From positions 1 through 30,939 of the IMG/VR virus record IMGVR_UViG_3300009037_000016: DNA of 30,939 bases. One strand, given 5' to 3'. Numbering within the stretch: position 1 is the stretch's first letter; each line of letters begins with the position of its first letter. This stretch comes from a virus (Duplodnaviria > Caudoviricetes). The notes under the pieces were generated by a model, which was given only the letters and a program-made list of their open reading frames with translations, made no database searches and was not told where the DNA came from. Positions 1 through 8,823 of the stretch are shown piece after piece. Both the position numbers and the translations under genes were made by a program.

Positions 1-1992
1 CCAATATGGAATTATTCCAGGCGTGGAAATGTAGAAAGCTCTTACAATCTTTTGTGACTCATGCTCTTGAATTTCACAGAGATTAGCGAATGATCTAAAT
101 CCCATCCCATACTTCAAACAATGCCTAGCCTTCTTTCCCCAGAAGCGTTCACTGAACTGACCGGAGCCTATAGCAGCAGATCCAGGTTCGTCACTAATAG
201 CCTCATAAGGTTTGTTGAATATAGCTGACGCAGCTATTTTATGGAGGTCTAAATTCCGCTCTATAGCCTCGATGGTCATCTCATCATTGGAGATATTAGC
301 TATGGTAACGTCATGGCTCTGCTTGAGATCCATAGAATATAAGTAGCATCCTTCATCTGGATGCATCATATTCTTAAATCTAGGATCCAAGTTCTGCATA
401 TTACCACCGGTACCGAATATAGTTTGGGAAGATGATAGTCTTCCATCGCCGGTACCTACCAGATTGTAAGATCCACGGACTTGATTGTCATCATCTATAT
501 TCATTTCTAGATAGGTGTCCTTGAACTTGTTAAGTCTACGGATCTCCAAAATGGTTGCTGCTACCGGTCTTCCAGGTCTGCTCTGAGTTCCACGTGCAAG
601 TCGCTTCAAAGCATCCTTATCAACGGTTGTATTGTGTGTTGTTCGACTCTTATATGGATCTATCCCAAGAACTCCGTAGAAGTATTCCTTGAGTTGTTTG
701 TGACTTCCAGGGTTTATATCGAATCCAACTTGGGTCTTTAGTTTTTGTGTAAGTTCAGCAACAGAAGTATCCACCTCCCGTATTGCCTCATCAATCAACC
801 TTCTATCAATTCCAATACCATGATATTGGAGGAATATGGTGGTATTCGTGAGGGAAATCTTGTTTCTATACATCTTCCACATATCTTGTTCTTTCAATTC
901 TCTCTCTAAAGACTTCCAAACCTCGATACAGACAGCACTATCAAGAGCGTTGTATCTCCAGAAATCCCGGTCATTGCCACCGATCTTTATATATTGCTTC
1001 CCTTCGTCTTTGTAGTATGGCTCGTTGGTGTAAATAGATGTGAGGAAGTCTAGTCCTTTTGGAAGGTCTGGGTATAGAATCCCATGAGCAACCATGGTGT
1101 CTTCCAAGTTGGCTGGAAGAATGCCGTACTTGCTGTAAAGAAAGTAGTTATCAAAACCGGTAATGTTCTGACCAATTTTCTTTATATCCTTATTCTCCAG
1201 AATTTTAGTTATGAGAAGCCAGATATTAGTCTCTTCTTCCAAAGAATATCTATTCTTTAGACCTTCGGAGAAGGCTATACAAATGGATTGCTCTGGAGAT
1301 GTAGCAAAGGAAATACAGCTAACCTCCCCACGGATAACCTCAATATCAAAAGCTACTTCCTTACAGATTTCAGGGCTTAAACCTGCAAGGAAGTTCATAA
1401 CCTGGTCGTAGGTAGGTGCAAGGATTAACTCCCTTCTTGGACAGTTTATGAAGGGGGTGACGGACTCTCTTCCAACCTTTTCCAAGTCTGCAATGGTTAT
1501 GAGTTGGTAGGTGGCAGTTCCACTCATCCTCTTCTCCCTCATTACAGCAGATGGATGGATGGTTGGAATAACCTTCCGACCTGGAAGAAGTGTGGATTCT
1601 AATGTTGAACCACGATACTTCAGTATTCCAATCTTCCGTGTGAGTGCGAATAGTGCAATCCCACCAAGAGCCACGATGACGTTGGCAGTGGATCTTTCAA
1701 GCTCATCCTTTAAAGAGTCCTCGTAGGCTTTATAGGCTGGAGTCATCTTCACGGATGTGGGAGATAGTTTTAGGAACAAGGAGATATCGTTATTCGCAGG
1801 TCTTTCCTTAACAACATTAGTGATGTAGCAGCTAGACCGATTGAGCTTCGCGGCGTTTAGACATTCGTCTAGCATATGACCTGCAGGACCGACGAAGGGT
1901 TTGCCGACCTTTTCCTCAAATTGACCTGGGGCTTCTCCAACCAGAGCGATCTTGGCAGAGAGGGAGCCCTCGGAGGGGATTAGGATTCTCAT
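1..1992 (-). CDS. polA: Family A DNA polymerase with N-terminal uracil-DNA glycosylase (family 4-like) domain and 3'-5' exonuclease; C-terminus outside window
   Basis: Not in ORF track; my translation from ATG at 1992 is open to base 1. UDG motifs GEAPG, PFVGPAG, YITNVVKERP, TIHPS. Exo motifs FDIE, GQNITGFD, YNALD. Pol motifs GRLSSS, NMQN, motif A DLKQSHD, DLH, motif B RFWGKKARHCLKYG. Confidence 0.95.
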   Translation of the reverse strand, partial: MRILIPSEGSLSAKIALVGEAPGQFEEKVGKPFVGPAGHMLDECLNAAKLNRSSCYITNVVKERPANNDISLFLKLSPTSVKMTPAYKAYEDSLKDELERSTANVIVALGGIALFALTRKIGILKYRGSTLESTLLPGRKVIPTIHPSAVMREKRMSGTATYQLITIADLEKVGRESVTPFINCPRRELILAPTYDQVMNFLAGLSPEICKEVAFDIEVIRGEVSCISFATSPEQSICIAFSEGLKNRYSLEEETNIWLLITKILENKDIKKIGQNITGFDNYFLYSKYGILPANLEDTMVAHGILYPDLPKGLDFLTSIYTNEPYYKDEGKQYIKIGGNDRDFWRYNALDSAVCIEVWKSLERELKEQDMWKMYRNKISLTNTTIFLQYHGIGIDRRLIDEAIREVDTSVAELTQKLKTQVGFDINPGSHKQLKEYFYGVLGIDPYKSRTTHNTTVDKDALKRLARGTQSRPGRPVAATILEIRRLNKFKDTYLEMNIDDDNQVRGSYNLVGTGDGRLSSSQTIFGTGGNMQNLDPRFKNMMHPDEGCYLYSMDLKQSHDVTIANISNDEMTIEAIERNLDLHKIAASAIFNKPYEAISDEPGSAAIGSGQFSERFWGKKARHCLKYGMGFRSFANLCEIQEHESQKIVRAFYISTPGIIPYW

Positions 1993-1994
1993 AT

Positions 1995-2210
1995 TTATCT
2001 CAAGTTACAGTTTTCTGCTAGATTATGATCTCTAGCATATTCAGCCTGCCTCTTTGTTTTGTAGAGGTTGCTCGGGTCAGTAAAGTATCTAGGAGATAAG
2101 AAGCTGAAGTCATAGATAAGACAATCACCTGTGATACCTACTCTTACTAGATGTACTGGATATACATCTTTAGAATTACTGACATACCATCTCAGTGAAG
2201 GAAATTTCAT
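1995..2210 (-). CDS. Hypothetical protein (71 aa, MKFPSLRW...)
   Basis: Trimmed from ORF 1995..2318 to the ATG just after the ParB-MTase stop; fills the gap before polA. Confidence 0.6.
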   Translation of the reverse strand: MKFPSLRWYVSNSKDVYPVHLVRVGITGDCLIYDFSFLSPRYFTDPSNLYKTKRQAEYARDHNLAENCNLR

Positions 2211-2223
2211 AGCATTCCCATTT

Positions 2224-3573
2224 TTACGAATAAGATTTGTAGTTCGGTGGTTTGCCAGCCACAACTCTCTGCACAAACGCATCCTTATATTGCTGACTAT
2301 TATCCCAGCCAATCCCAATCATACCAAGGTTTGCAGCTGCAAGAAGGGTGTTACCAGAACCACAGAATGGGACGGCAACTTTTATCTTACTGGATGGATT
2401 TGCAAAGGTTTGCAGAATACACTCTATCATTTCGATCGGTCTTTCTGCAGGATGCACTTTGAATTGGGGTGGAACCATGTTGTAGAGGAATGTATTCTTC
2501 ATCCCTTGCTTGTTGATTTTGGAGTTGGCTTTCCTAGCGTAGAAGAAAGACTCATAACAAGATGCAAGGAGTGTGTCCGGACGGTTGGTCTGACCTTGAG
2601 GTTTAACCCAGATTCCGGGTGTTCGACAGACTATAAGACCATGGTTCTCTATAGCTGTCTTTATCATTTCGTAGTATTGTACAGCAAACCAGAGTATTAA
2701 CCAGCCATCTTCGGAGAGTTTGGTGCTGGCTATGGATAGTAATCTATCTATAAATTCTGAGTAGTCACTCTCCTCAACCTCCTCATAGGTTGTTATGTTT
2801 TGCACTCCAGCTGATGTCTGAGATTTTTTGTTGTGAAGAAGGTCTATTCCATAGGGAGGATCAATCTCCAAAATGTTTATAGATTTATCCTCTACAGAAG
2901 AAAGACCTTCGAAGGCATCTCCAATGTTGAAGGCTTCCATGAGATCTTTATGGACTTTTGGTATGTAACCAGCCTCGACTCTCTTTCTATTCTCAGATGC
3001 CTCTATTATCTTATTAGCTGCTCGGAGGACTTTAATGGCATCTTTATCTGTTTTCACCCTACTCAATGCTTGCTTCATTTCTGGAGATTCCTCCATAGCA
3101 GTTGCTAGCATGACATGAGTAGCTATTTGTTGGTGGCTCTTCCCAAGAAGTTTGGCTGTATCTCGAAGGCTGTGACCTGGAGCGCCTGGAGCTTTGGAGA
3201 CCTTTGGACCTCCGGCTCTAGCCATGTAAAGATCATGGATAGCCTTCTCCAGTTTCCATCTTTCATGAAGGGATAGATCTTTACGATCTATATTCTCCGA
3301 AAGTTCCACTTCCTTCTCATCAACTTCAGTAAGGTCTCCTGGGAAGACTCTAGCTGGTATAGTTTCCATGACTAGTCTTTTGCAAGCAGCCAGACGACGA
3401 CCACCGGCGAGGAGAAGGTATTTACCCCCAGAAAGTTCTTTAACAGCAATAGGCTGGATTAGACCTCTAACCCGAATCTTTTCCGTGAGGTCTTTGATGT
3501 CTGCGTAGTCTTCTCTAGCCCTATCCGCTACGATGATGTTGGATATCTTAATGATATCTACTAAGTTGGACAT
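2224..3573 (-). CDS. ParB/Srx-domain + HTH + N6/N4 amino-methyltransferase fusion
   Basis: ParB N-domain GLIQPIAV...LLAGGRRLAA; HTH-like SLRDTAKLLGKSHQQIATHV; MTase motif IV DPPY precedes HPAERP and motif I PFCGSG (beta-class order). Confidence 0.9.
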   Translation of the reverse strand: MSNLVDIIKISNIIVADRAREDYADIKDLTEKIRVRGLIQPIAVKELSGGKYLLLAGGRRLAACKRLVMETIPARVFPGDLTEVDEKEVELSENIDRKDLSLHERWKLEKAIHDLYMARAGGPKVSKAPGAPGHSLRDTAKLLGKSHQQIATHVMLATAMEESPEMKQALSRVKTDKDAIKVLRAANKIIEASENRKRVEAGYIPKVHKDLMEAFNIGDAFEGLSSVEDKSINILEIDPPYGIDLLHNKKSQTSAGVQNITTYEEVEESDYSEFIDRLLSIASTKLSEDGWLILWFAVQYYEMIKTAIENHGLIVCRTPGIWVKPQGQTNRPDTLLASCYESFFYARKANSKINKQGMKNTFLYNMVPPQFKVHPAERPIEMIECILQTFANPSSKIKVAVPFCGSGNTLLAAANLGMIGIGWDNSQQYKDAFVQRVVAGKPPNYKSYS

Positions 3574-3575
3574 AG

Positions 3576-3803
3576 TTAAAATCCTTTTTCTTTCAGTGCA
3601 GTAAACAATTTAAGCTTCTCCTGAGGGGAGAGCTTGCCTACTAGACTGTCAAGCTTCTTTGCTGGAGGTACTCTTGAAGCTACAGATGCAGATCTTACAG
3701 TTGGGATCTGTCTCTGCAGACGTATTTTACCCACGATCTCGGTAAATATATTTCTGTCAAGATCAAGTGGGCTAGGCTTTAGCTTCCTTAAAATCTCTAA
3801 CAC
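3576..3803 (-). CDS. Hypothetical basic protein
   Basis: ORF tightly packed in the minus-strand operon. Confidence 0.6.
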   Translation of the reverse strand: MLEILRKLKPSPLDLDRNIFTEIVGKIRLQRQIPTVRSASVASRVPPAKKLDSLVGKLSPQEKLKLFTALKEKGF

Positions 3804-4146
3804 TTAATCCTCTGTTTTTAACCCACAAGAGAAACCTGTGGACGGATGCAAGTTCTTGCTGGCTCACGTCGGGACAGATGTCCTCATACATTCTGTAAAG
3901 GAAGAAGATCCAATCAATAGGGTTTGCTATGAAGTCCCCACCGGATAACTTCATGGTAAGGATATTATATATGATTGTCCTTGGATCTTCTTTCATTTCT
4001 GCAATCATGGAATCCACGATGGCAGAGAATATAGGGCGAATGAAGCCAGTCGGAATTAGTTTGTTCAAAGCAGATTTCTGCTCTGTGGAAAGCTCCACTG
4101 TGAGGCGGGGCTTTAGGTCTGTAAAGTGTGGTTTGTCTTTGTTCAT
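3772..4146 (-). CDS. Hypothetical protein, possible ribbon-helix-helix N-terminus
   Basis: PRLTVELSTEQKSALNKL fits an RHH beta-strand/helix pattern; AAGGA RBS. Confidence 0.6.
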   Translation of the reverse strand: MNKDKPHFTDLKPRLTVELSTEQKSALNKLIPTGFIRPIFSAIVDSMIAEMKEDPRTIIYNILTMKLSGGDFIANPIDWIFFLYRMYEDICPDVSQQELASVHRFLLWVKNRGLSVRDFKEAKA

Positions 4147-4151
4147 TCTAT

Positions 4152-4517
4152 TTATCCTTTGTTAAACGGTGATAACCAGGGAAGGCAGCGGAAGATTATC
4201 TTGTCCAATAAGGACATATTCTTCCACCACCACTTCTGTGGCTCTTTATTATGTATGTAATCAATGAAGGAACGTCGTATCTTCCCACCCTCTAAGTCTG
4301 TACCTATAATAGGATCGGGATCGTCTGAATGTAGAGGCTCGGAGAACCAGGGAAATAACTTATCTTTATTTGCCTCTAACCATTCATGCCCCTCCAAACA
4401 CCAAAATATAGGGGCTTTACCTGTTTTGGCTTCGTGTAGGTATTCTGGTCTTGCCTCTTGGATGAAGCCCATTATACCTCTAAACTTCTTTTTCTTTTTC
4501 TTTCTCCAGAACATCAA
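4152..4517 (-). CDS. Hypothetical protein
   Basis: Start overlaps the stop of the upstream gene. Confidence 0.6.
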   Translation of the reverse strand: MMFWRKKKKKKFRGIMGFIQEARPEYLHEAKTGKAPIFWCLEGHEWLEANKDKLFPWFSEPLHSDDPDPIIGTDLEGGKIRRSFIDYIHNKEPQKWWWKNMSLLDKIIFRCLPWLSPFNKG

Positions 4518-5134
4518 TGTATTATCCTACTTTGCTCTGCTACAAACTTTATATCTCCCACAGAAGCCGGCTGTATTTTGGTTACGCCCACTTGAAGGAA
4601 GATATCCATTATGATAGATAACGGATCTTCGTGGTAACCAAGAGAGTTCCATGGCTGTGGAAATAGAATAGACATGCAAAGACCTTTGGCTACGTTTGCA
4701 AACATCTGACATTGTTGTTCTGAGTCATCGATCAAAATGGATCCAGGTACTGCAGCAAGATGTTTTACAGGGCTGAAGAGATAATTCCGAAGAAGTTCTC
4801 CTTCGCCGGAAAATCCCTGTAGCCATTCTAACTTCCCTTGTAAAGCAGATGGATTTCGTGGAGGGGAAGAACAGAATACTACACCTCCATAACCTTTCAG
4901 AAGTTTATAAAAGTCCTGTGCCCATGGGTATGGTTCTAGTGTAGACCAGAACATAGAACCTTCACTGTATATTTTGCTCCAGAAAGTGCCAGAGGAGACA
5001 CCAAGGACTTGGTGAATTTCCTTCTTATCTGGAGGCCAGGTTGTTGGGTCGTATTCTTTATCGAAGAGTTTGAAAGCTCCTCCAACGAAGTCTGCAAGGA
5101 CACCATCCATATCGAGGTAGAATAGAAGGCTCAT
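4514..5134 (-). CDS. HAD-family 5'(3')-deoxyribonucleotidase (NT5C-like)
   Basis: DMDGVLADF motif I, FWSTLEPYP, K.EWL, LIDD motif IV, QPWN. Confidence 0.88.
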   Translation of the reverse strand: MSLLFYLDMDGVLADFVGGAFKLFDKEYDPTTWPPDKKEIHQVLGVSSGTFWSKIYSEGSMFWSTLEPYPWAQDFYKLLKGYGGVVFCSSPPRNPSALQGKLEWLQGFSGEGELLRNYLFSPVKHLAAVPGSILIDDSEQQCQMFANVAKGLCMSILFPQPWNSLGYHEDPLSIIMDIFLQVGVTKIQPASVGDIKFVAEQSRIIH

Positions 5135-5403
5135 CTGTTGCCCTCCAAATGCTTGTAAGCGCGGTCAAGCCAAACGCTTACTTCAGTGTCAAAGGCTGAA
5201 TAATTGAAGTCACACCTTACTGAAGTGCGCATTCTGATAACTAACTGATAGCCCTCCTTCAGCAACTCCTCCGCTGTCGGGACTGGTGTGGGTGGGAGCT
5301 TGTCAATCACCCACATTTCAACTTTATGGAGTTGACCTCCCACACGACAGAGTTTTTCAGCCTCTTCTAAATCAACCTCATCCCCAATATTGTAATCCTC
5401 CAT
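5131..5403 (-). CDS. Hypothetical protein
   Basis: Overlapping start/stop junctions on both sides. Confidence 0.65.
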   Translation of the reverse strand: MEDYNIGDEVDLEEAEKLCRVGGQLHKVEMWVIDKLPPTPVPTAEELLKEGYQLVIRMRTSVRCDFNYSAFDTEVSVWLDRAYKHLEGNR

Positions 5404-5639
5404 TAGTCTTGCGCCTCCGGTTTTGTGTATTCTTCTAATTCTTCTATAATACTTTTGCCAGAAGCTAATAATGGCTCTCCATCTTCGCCTCTTGCTACCA
5501 CCCAGTCAACTCCTATTCCCTCTACTCTCTTATTGCAATAGGAGTCTCTCCCAAAGTTGCCCCCACAAAAGCCGTATAGAATAGTACCTATTCTAATCAC
5601 TGTGTTACTCCTTTCTAAATATGGAATCATAAGATTCAT
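5403..5639 (-). CDS. Hypothetical phage protein (YGFCGG.FGRDSY motif)
   Basis: Translationally coupled ORF; the motif resembles a recurrent phage hypothetical family. Confidence 0.7.
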   Translation of the reverse strand: MNLMIPYLERSNTVIRIGTILYGFCGGNFGRDSYCNKRVEGIGVDWVVARGEDGEPLLASGKSIIEELEEYTKPEAQD

Positions 5640-5854
5640 TTTTCCAGCACCCCCACTTTATTCTCGTCCAGTTTCCAATCTCCGCACCAGTCATCCATGA
5701 ATACAACTGGATAACCCTGCGTGGTAGGGGCGTGTCTTCTACAACGTCCTACTTTCCGTGGTGTCTCATTCACCACTTTCTTCTTCTCGCACACAAACTG
5801 GCAAGTAGAACAAACCCTGTTTGTGGAGCGGTCTGACCAATTATCCTTGCTCAT
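5636..5854 (-). CDS. Small Cys-rich putative metal-binding protein
   Basis: ATG at 5854 after AGGAG; CxxC...GRCRRHAP...YP.V...DWCG pattern. Confidence 0.75.
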   Translation of the reverse strand: MSKDNWSDRSTNRVCSTCQFVCEKKKVVNETPRKVGRCRRHAPTTQGYPVVFMDDWCGDWKLDENKVGVLEK

Positions 5855-5880
5855 CGGATTTCTCCTTTCTATTTTAACCA

Positions 5881-5910
5881 ATCCCTATGGTCAATTATTG
5901 ACCATAGCAT
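5881..5910. repeat. Dispersed 30-31 bp palindrome, copy 1 of 6
   Basis: ATCCCTATGGTCAATTATTGACCATAGCAT; perfect 11-bp arms CTATGGTCAAT/ATTGACCATAG. Confidence 0.9.
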
Positions 5911-5912
5911 TT

Positions 5913-5980
5913 GAAGGTTGCCGGGGTTTGAACCCGGAAGCATCCACTATTCCGTGCTAGGAAATAGTTATGCCAACCTA
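5913..5980 (-). ncRNA. tRNA-like element lacking a D-arm
   Basis: Acceptor-like AGGTTG/CAACCT; T-arm CCGGG-TTCAAAC-CCCGG; one long hairpin GCAT..CTATTTCC/GGAATAG..ATGC between them; intergenic. Confidence 0.55.
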
Positions 5981-5991
5981 CCATCTCCGAA

Positions 5992-6384
5992 TTACGGAAG
6001 TAGCACCTTCCGAACTGTGTTACGGAGACCATCCTCAGTTTCACGGAGACCAAGAAGGACACTTGCGGAGTGACCCTGTGCGGAGTCAATGTCTACAGAG
6101 TCTCCTTCCATGTTCACACCGAACGCCGTGCAGAATTCCGTGATCTTCCAGCGGGATTCATTCGCCTGCTTCGGTGTGTCTTCTGGCTTTGGAATCCACA
6201 GCGTGTAGAATACACTCATGGAGTTTGCAACTGTGGGGACTTCCAAAATGACTTGAAGACGAGGGGAAGACTGCTTCCCAGAATCTTCATAAGTCATTCT
6301 TGAAATCACTGCCTCGTACTGCCCTTCAGGGAGGGCTTCTGGTTTGACTGCGTCGACCAGACCTTGGACTTTAACGAAACTCAT
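5992..6384 (-). CDS. Putative single-stranded DNA-binding protein (DUF669-like)
   Basis: ALPEGQYEAVI, FCTAFG and terminal RN.V motifs; directly downstream of the Sak4-like ATPase. Confidence 0.75.
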   Translation of the reverse strand: MSFVKVQGLVDAVKPEALPEGQYEAVISRMTYEDSGKQSSPRLQVILEVPTVANSMSVFYTLWIPKPEDTPKQANESRWKITEFCTAFGVNMEGDSVDIDSAQGHSASVLLGLRETEDGLRNTVRKVLLP

Positions 6385-6387
6385 TCG

Positions 6388-7203
6388 TTACTCCTTTTTT
6401 GTTTGGTTTGTTTGGTTTGTTGTATCACTATTGGTTTTCAATAGTTCCTTCATTAAAGGTTTATCCTCGTAAGGATAACCTGCTTTCTTCAGAAGTTCTT
6501 TGAAGTCTGGTACCTCCACTGCTTTGAAAAGACCATCCGCACCCATCCGGGTTCTTGCCTTGTAGTAGCCATCATTCCTCGTGAGGAGTTCATATTTAGC
6601 GTTGTCTCCACCTCCTTGGATACGAAGGACGTAGACCTCACTAAATAGCCCAGGAATCCAGAACTTTACACGACCAGGTGTGTACATATAAGCACTGGCA
6701 ACCCCAGTAACATCATTCCGTATGATTTCGATGTGAGATGTTAGAACAACATGGCAAGGCAGACCCATTAAACTATCAACAATTTCCCTTAGAGTATCAC
6801 TCCACTTCTGCCAGTCATTGGAGACAGAAGACAGAAGAGCTATAGAGAAGGTGGTGAAACTATCTATGAAGTAAGTTCCAATGTTGTTGAAGAAGCCCTC
6901 TCTTTCATATGTAGACATGAGAGTAGTCCATTTGTTGAAGAGGTCTCCAGGTCTTCCTCGCCACTTCCTGTACTCGAAGGAATTGTCTACAATAATTCTT
7001 CCTTCACTTATTCCTCTCCTTAAAGTTTGTTCTCCGTGAGGGTCGAACATATGGCAGAGGACTGGAGCTGGGCAAGTGTCTGCAAAGCGGGTCTTTCCAG
7101 TTCCAAATTCTCCTTGGAGAAGGGTTGTAACCTTGTCCTTCTTCAGGTCAGCGTCATATATGGATTGTATGCGCTGGAGTTCTACTAACGGCACAAGTGG
7201 CAT
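6388..7203 (-). CDS. Sak4-like (AAA_24) P-loop ATPase/annealase
   Basis: Walker A GEFGTGKT, Walker B YFIDSFT, HVVLTSH, AR.R tail; flanked by nuclease and SSB genes. Confidence 0.82.
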   Translation of the reverse strand: MPLVPLVELQRIQSIYDADLKKDKVTTLLQGEFGTGKTRFADTCPAPVLCHMFDPHGEQTLRRGISEGRIIVDNSFEYRKWRGRPGDLFNKWTTLMSTYEREGFFNNIGTYFIDSFTTFSIALLSSVSNDWQKWSDTLREIVDSLMGLPCHVVLTSHIEIIRNDVTGVASAYMYTPGRVKFWIPGLFSEVYVLRIQGGGDNAKYELLTRNDGYYKARTRMGADGLFKAVEVPDFKELLKKAGYPYEDKPLMKELLKTNSDTTNQTNQTKKE

Positions 7204-7220
7204 GGATTTTTTCCTTATGT

Positions 7221-8282
7221 TTATAACTTTATAACTTCTTTTGCTGTTTCTTCCTTCTCCCTCGGATCCCAGTAATGGATCTTGTAACCTGGAGGTGGGG
7301 TTGGCTCCTTTGGATCTATATGTCTAAGTGGTTCGGGCCAGGCAACACAGAATTCAAGGAACTCACAGCCACCATAGTTTCCACAGGATGTAGGACACAT
7401 ATGGAAAGTATTGTAAATATCTGGATTGTTGGTCTCCACCTGTGTCTGGAATCTTTCAAGGTCTACATAGATCCTTGTAACTGTGTCTGTTACTAGTTTA
7501 TACCAAGCTCTCATAGACTCTCTAGACCTTGTAACGTAGATCCTTCGTACTTGTACCTTTGTGGGGTTGAATACAAGAGCATTCACTATCACTCCTTGTA
7601 CGTCCTCCGGTGGGAACATACAGTAAAGGAGGTGGGTGTAAGAACCTATCTGTACAGATGTAGACCACTGGTTCTGCCAGATATTGGAGAGCTTACTAGC
7701 AGTTTTATGCTCAACTCCCCAAATCCGTCCGTCCTTTGTTCTTACAATTCCATCCATGCGACCATGAAGACTTATTGGATCAGCGTTTCCAATCATCCCA
7801 GAGTTAATAAGAGGTGCACGGAAAGACACTTCCACATGGAGGGTTTCAAAGTCGTCTTGGCTGTAATTCTCTACATACATAGGAAGAATTTCAGACACTG
7901 CATCAATAGATTTTCCTGGAGCCACGATGAGAAGATTTCCAAAGAAGGACTTGTATGAGTCCAAGAATCTATTGAAAGCCTCTTCCAAAGAGACTGAATT
8001 GTACCCCTTACTTTTCATTGGAGGATAGTGGATAAAGACTTCCTCCTCAACTCTATGAGGGTTGTTCTTCACAACAGATATGTATGTATTGCTTCCCATT
8101 CTAAACCGCATGAGAGGCTCCATACCTGCATGGACGGATGTTCCAAAGTCCAGGTGTGGACTAGCAATGTCCTTTGTCCATCCAAGAACGTGCCTATACC
8201 AGAAGTATCTCGGGCAAGTTAGGTAGTCTTGGATCTTAGAACTATCCGTCAAAAGGATTTTATCTTGTGTTGTGTAGTCCAT
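7221..8282 (-). CDS. PD-(D/E)XK Cas4-like/RecB-family exonuclease
   Basis: TCPR, FGTSVH, GRMD, VEHKT, Q..SY and C-terminal SC...GGCEFLEFC. Confidence 0.88.
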   Translation of the reverse strand: MDYTTQDKILLTDSSKIQDYLTCPRYFWYRHVLGWTKDIASPHLDFGTSVHAGMEPLMRFRMGSNTYISVVKNNPHRVEEEVFIHYPPMKSKGYNSVSLEEAFNRFLDSYKSFFGNLLIVAPGKSIDAVSEILPMYVENYSQDDFETLHVEVSFRAPLINSGMIGNADPISLHGRMDGIVRTKDGRIWGVEHKTASKLSNIWQNQWSTSVQIGSYTHLLYCMFPPEDVQGVIVNALVFNPTKVQVRRIYVTRSRESMRAWYKLVTDTVTRIYVDLERFQTQVETNNPDIYNTFHMCPTSCGNYGGCEFLEFCVAWPEPLRHIDPKEPTPPPGYKIHYWDPREKEETAKEVIKL

Positions 8283-8287
8283 AGGTG

Positions 8288-8377
8288 TTATCCTTTATTT
8301 TTAGGATCAAAGTGCTTCCCTACAATGGCTGCAACCACAAGAATGATAACTAGTAGGATCAAATCCAGGATGTTCAT
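8288..8377 (-). CDS. 29-aa single-pass membrane peptide MNILDLILLVIILVVAAIVGKHFDPKNKG
   Basis: Not in ORF track; GGAG RBS; fills the gap between neighbours. Confidence 0.6.
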   Translation of the reverse strand: MNILDLILLVIILVVAAIVGKHFDPKNKG

Positions 8378-8388
8378 TTGCTCTCCAT

Positions 8389-8823
8389 TTATATTAAGTA
8401 GTTGTGAAGTCCACATCCTTCCTTCCAGGATGTAACTTCTTTTGTTTCGGGATCATACATCATTATCAATCGATCTCCTTGAGTAGGGGATGTATTTGTG
8501 AGTTGGTAGAAGTCAAAAATCTCCACAGATGTATCGCTTTCTTTAAAACCATAATCATTTATGAGAAAGAGTTTATAATCTTTTATAAGTTTTACAAGTC
8601 CGAGATACAAATCTGTGCTTATGGGGATACGAAGTCTCCAGTTTTCTGGAGTGAGAAGGTCTGTATTTCCATCCGTGTATTCATGAAATACAGGGTGATG
8701 TATCCAGGAGAGTTCTCCTCTGAAATCAATAGCTAAATATGTAACAACCAATGGAACCATGGTGGCTTCTATCACAAGTTCAGAAATGTGGAAGCCCTCT
8801 GGAGCTATGAGGATTTTACTCAT
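8389..8823 (-). CDS. Hypothetical protein
   Basis: ATGA overlap with the upstream stop. Confidence 0.65.
   Translation of the reverse strand: MSKILIAPEGFHISELVIEATMVPLVVTYLAIDFRGELSWIHHPVFHEYTDGNTDLLTPENWRLRIPISTDLYLGLVKLIKDYKLFLINDYGFKESDTSVEIFDFYQLTNTSPTQGDRLIMMYDPETKEVTSWKEGCGLHNYLI

Noticed and set aside
7221-8282. Cas4-like nuclease as evidence of CRISPR-Cas
   Set aside because: Its context with Sak4 and SSB is the usual phage recombination module.
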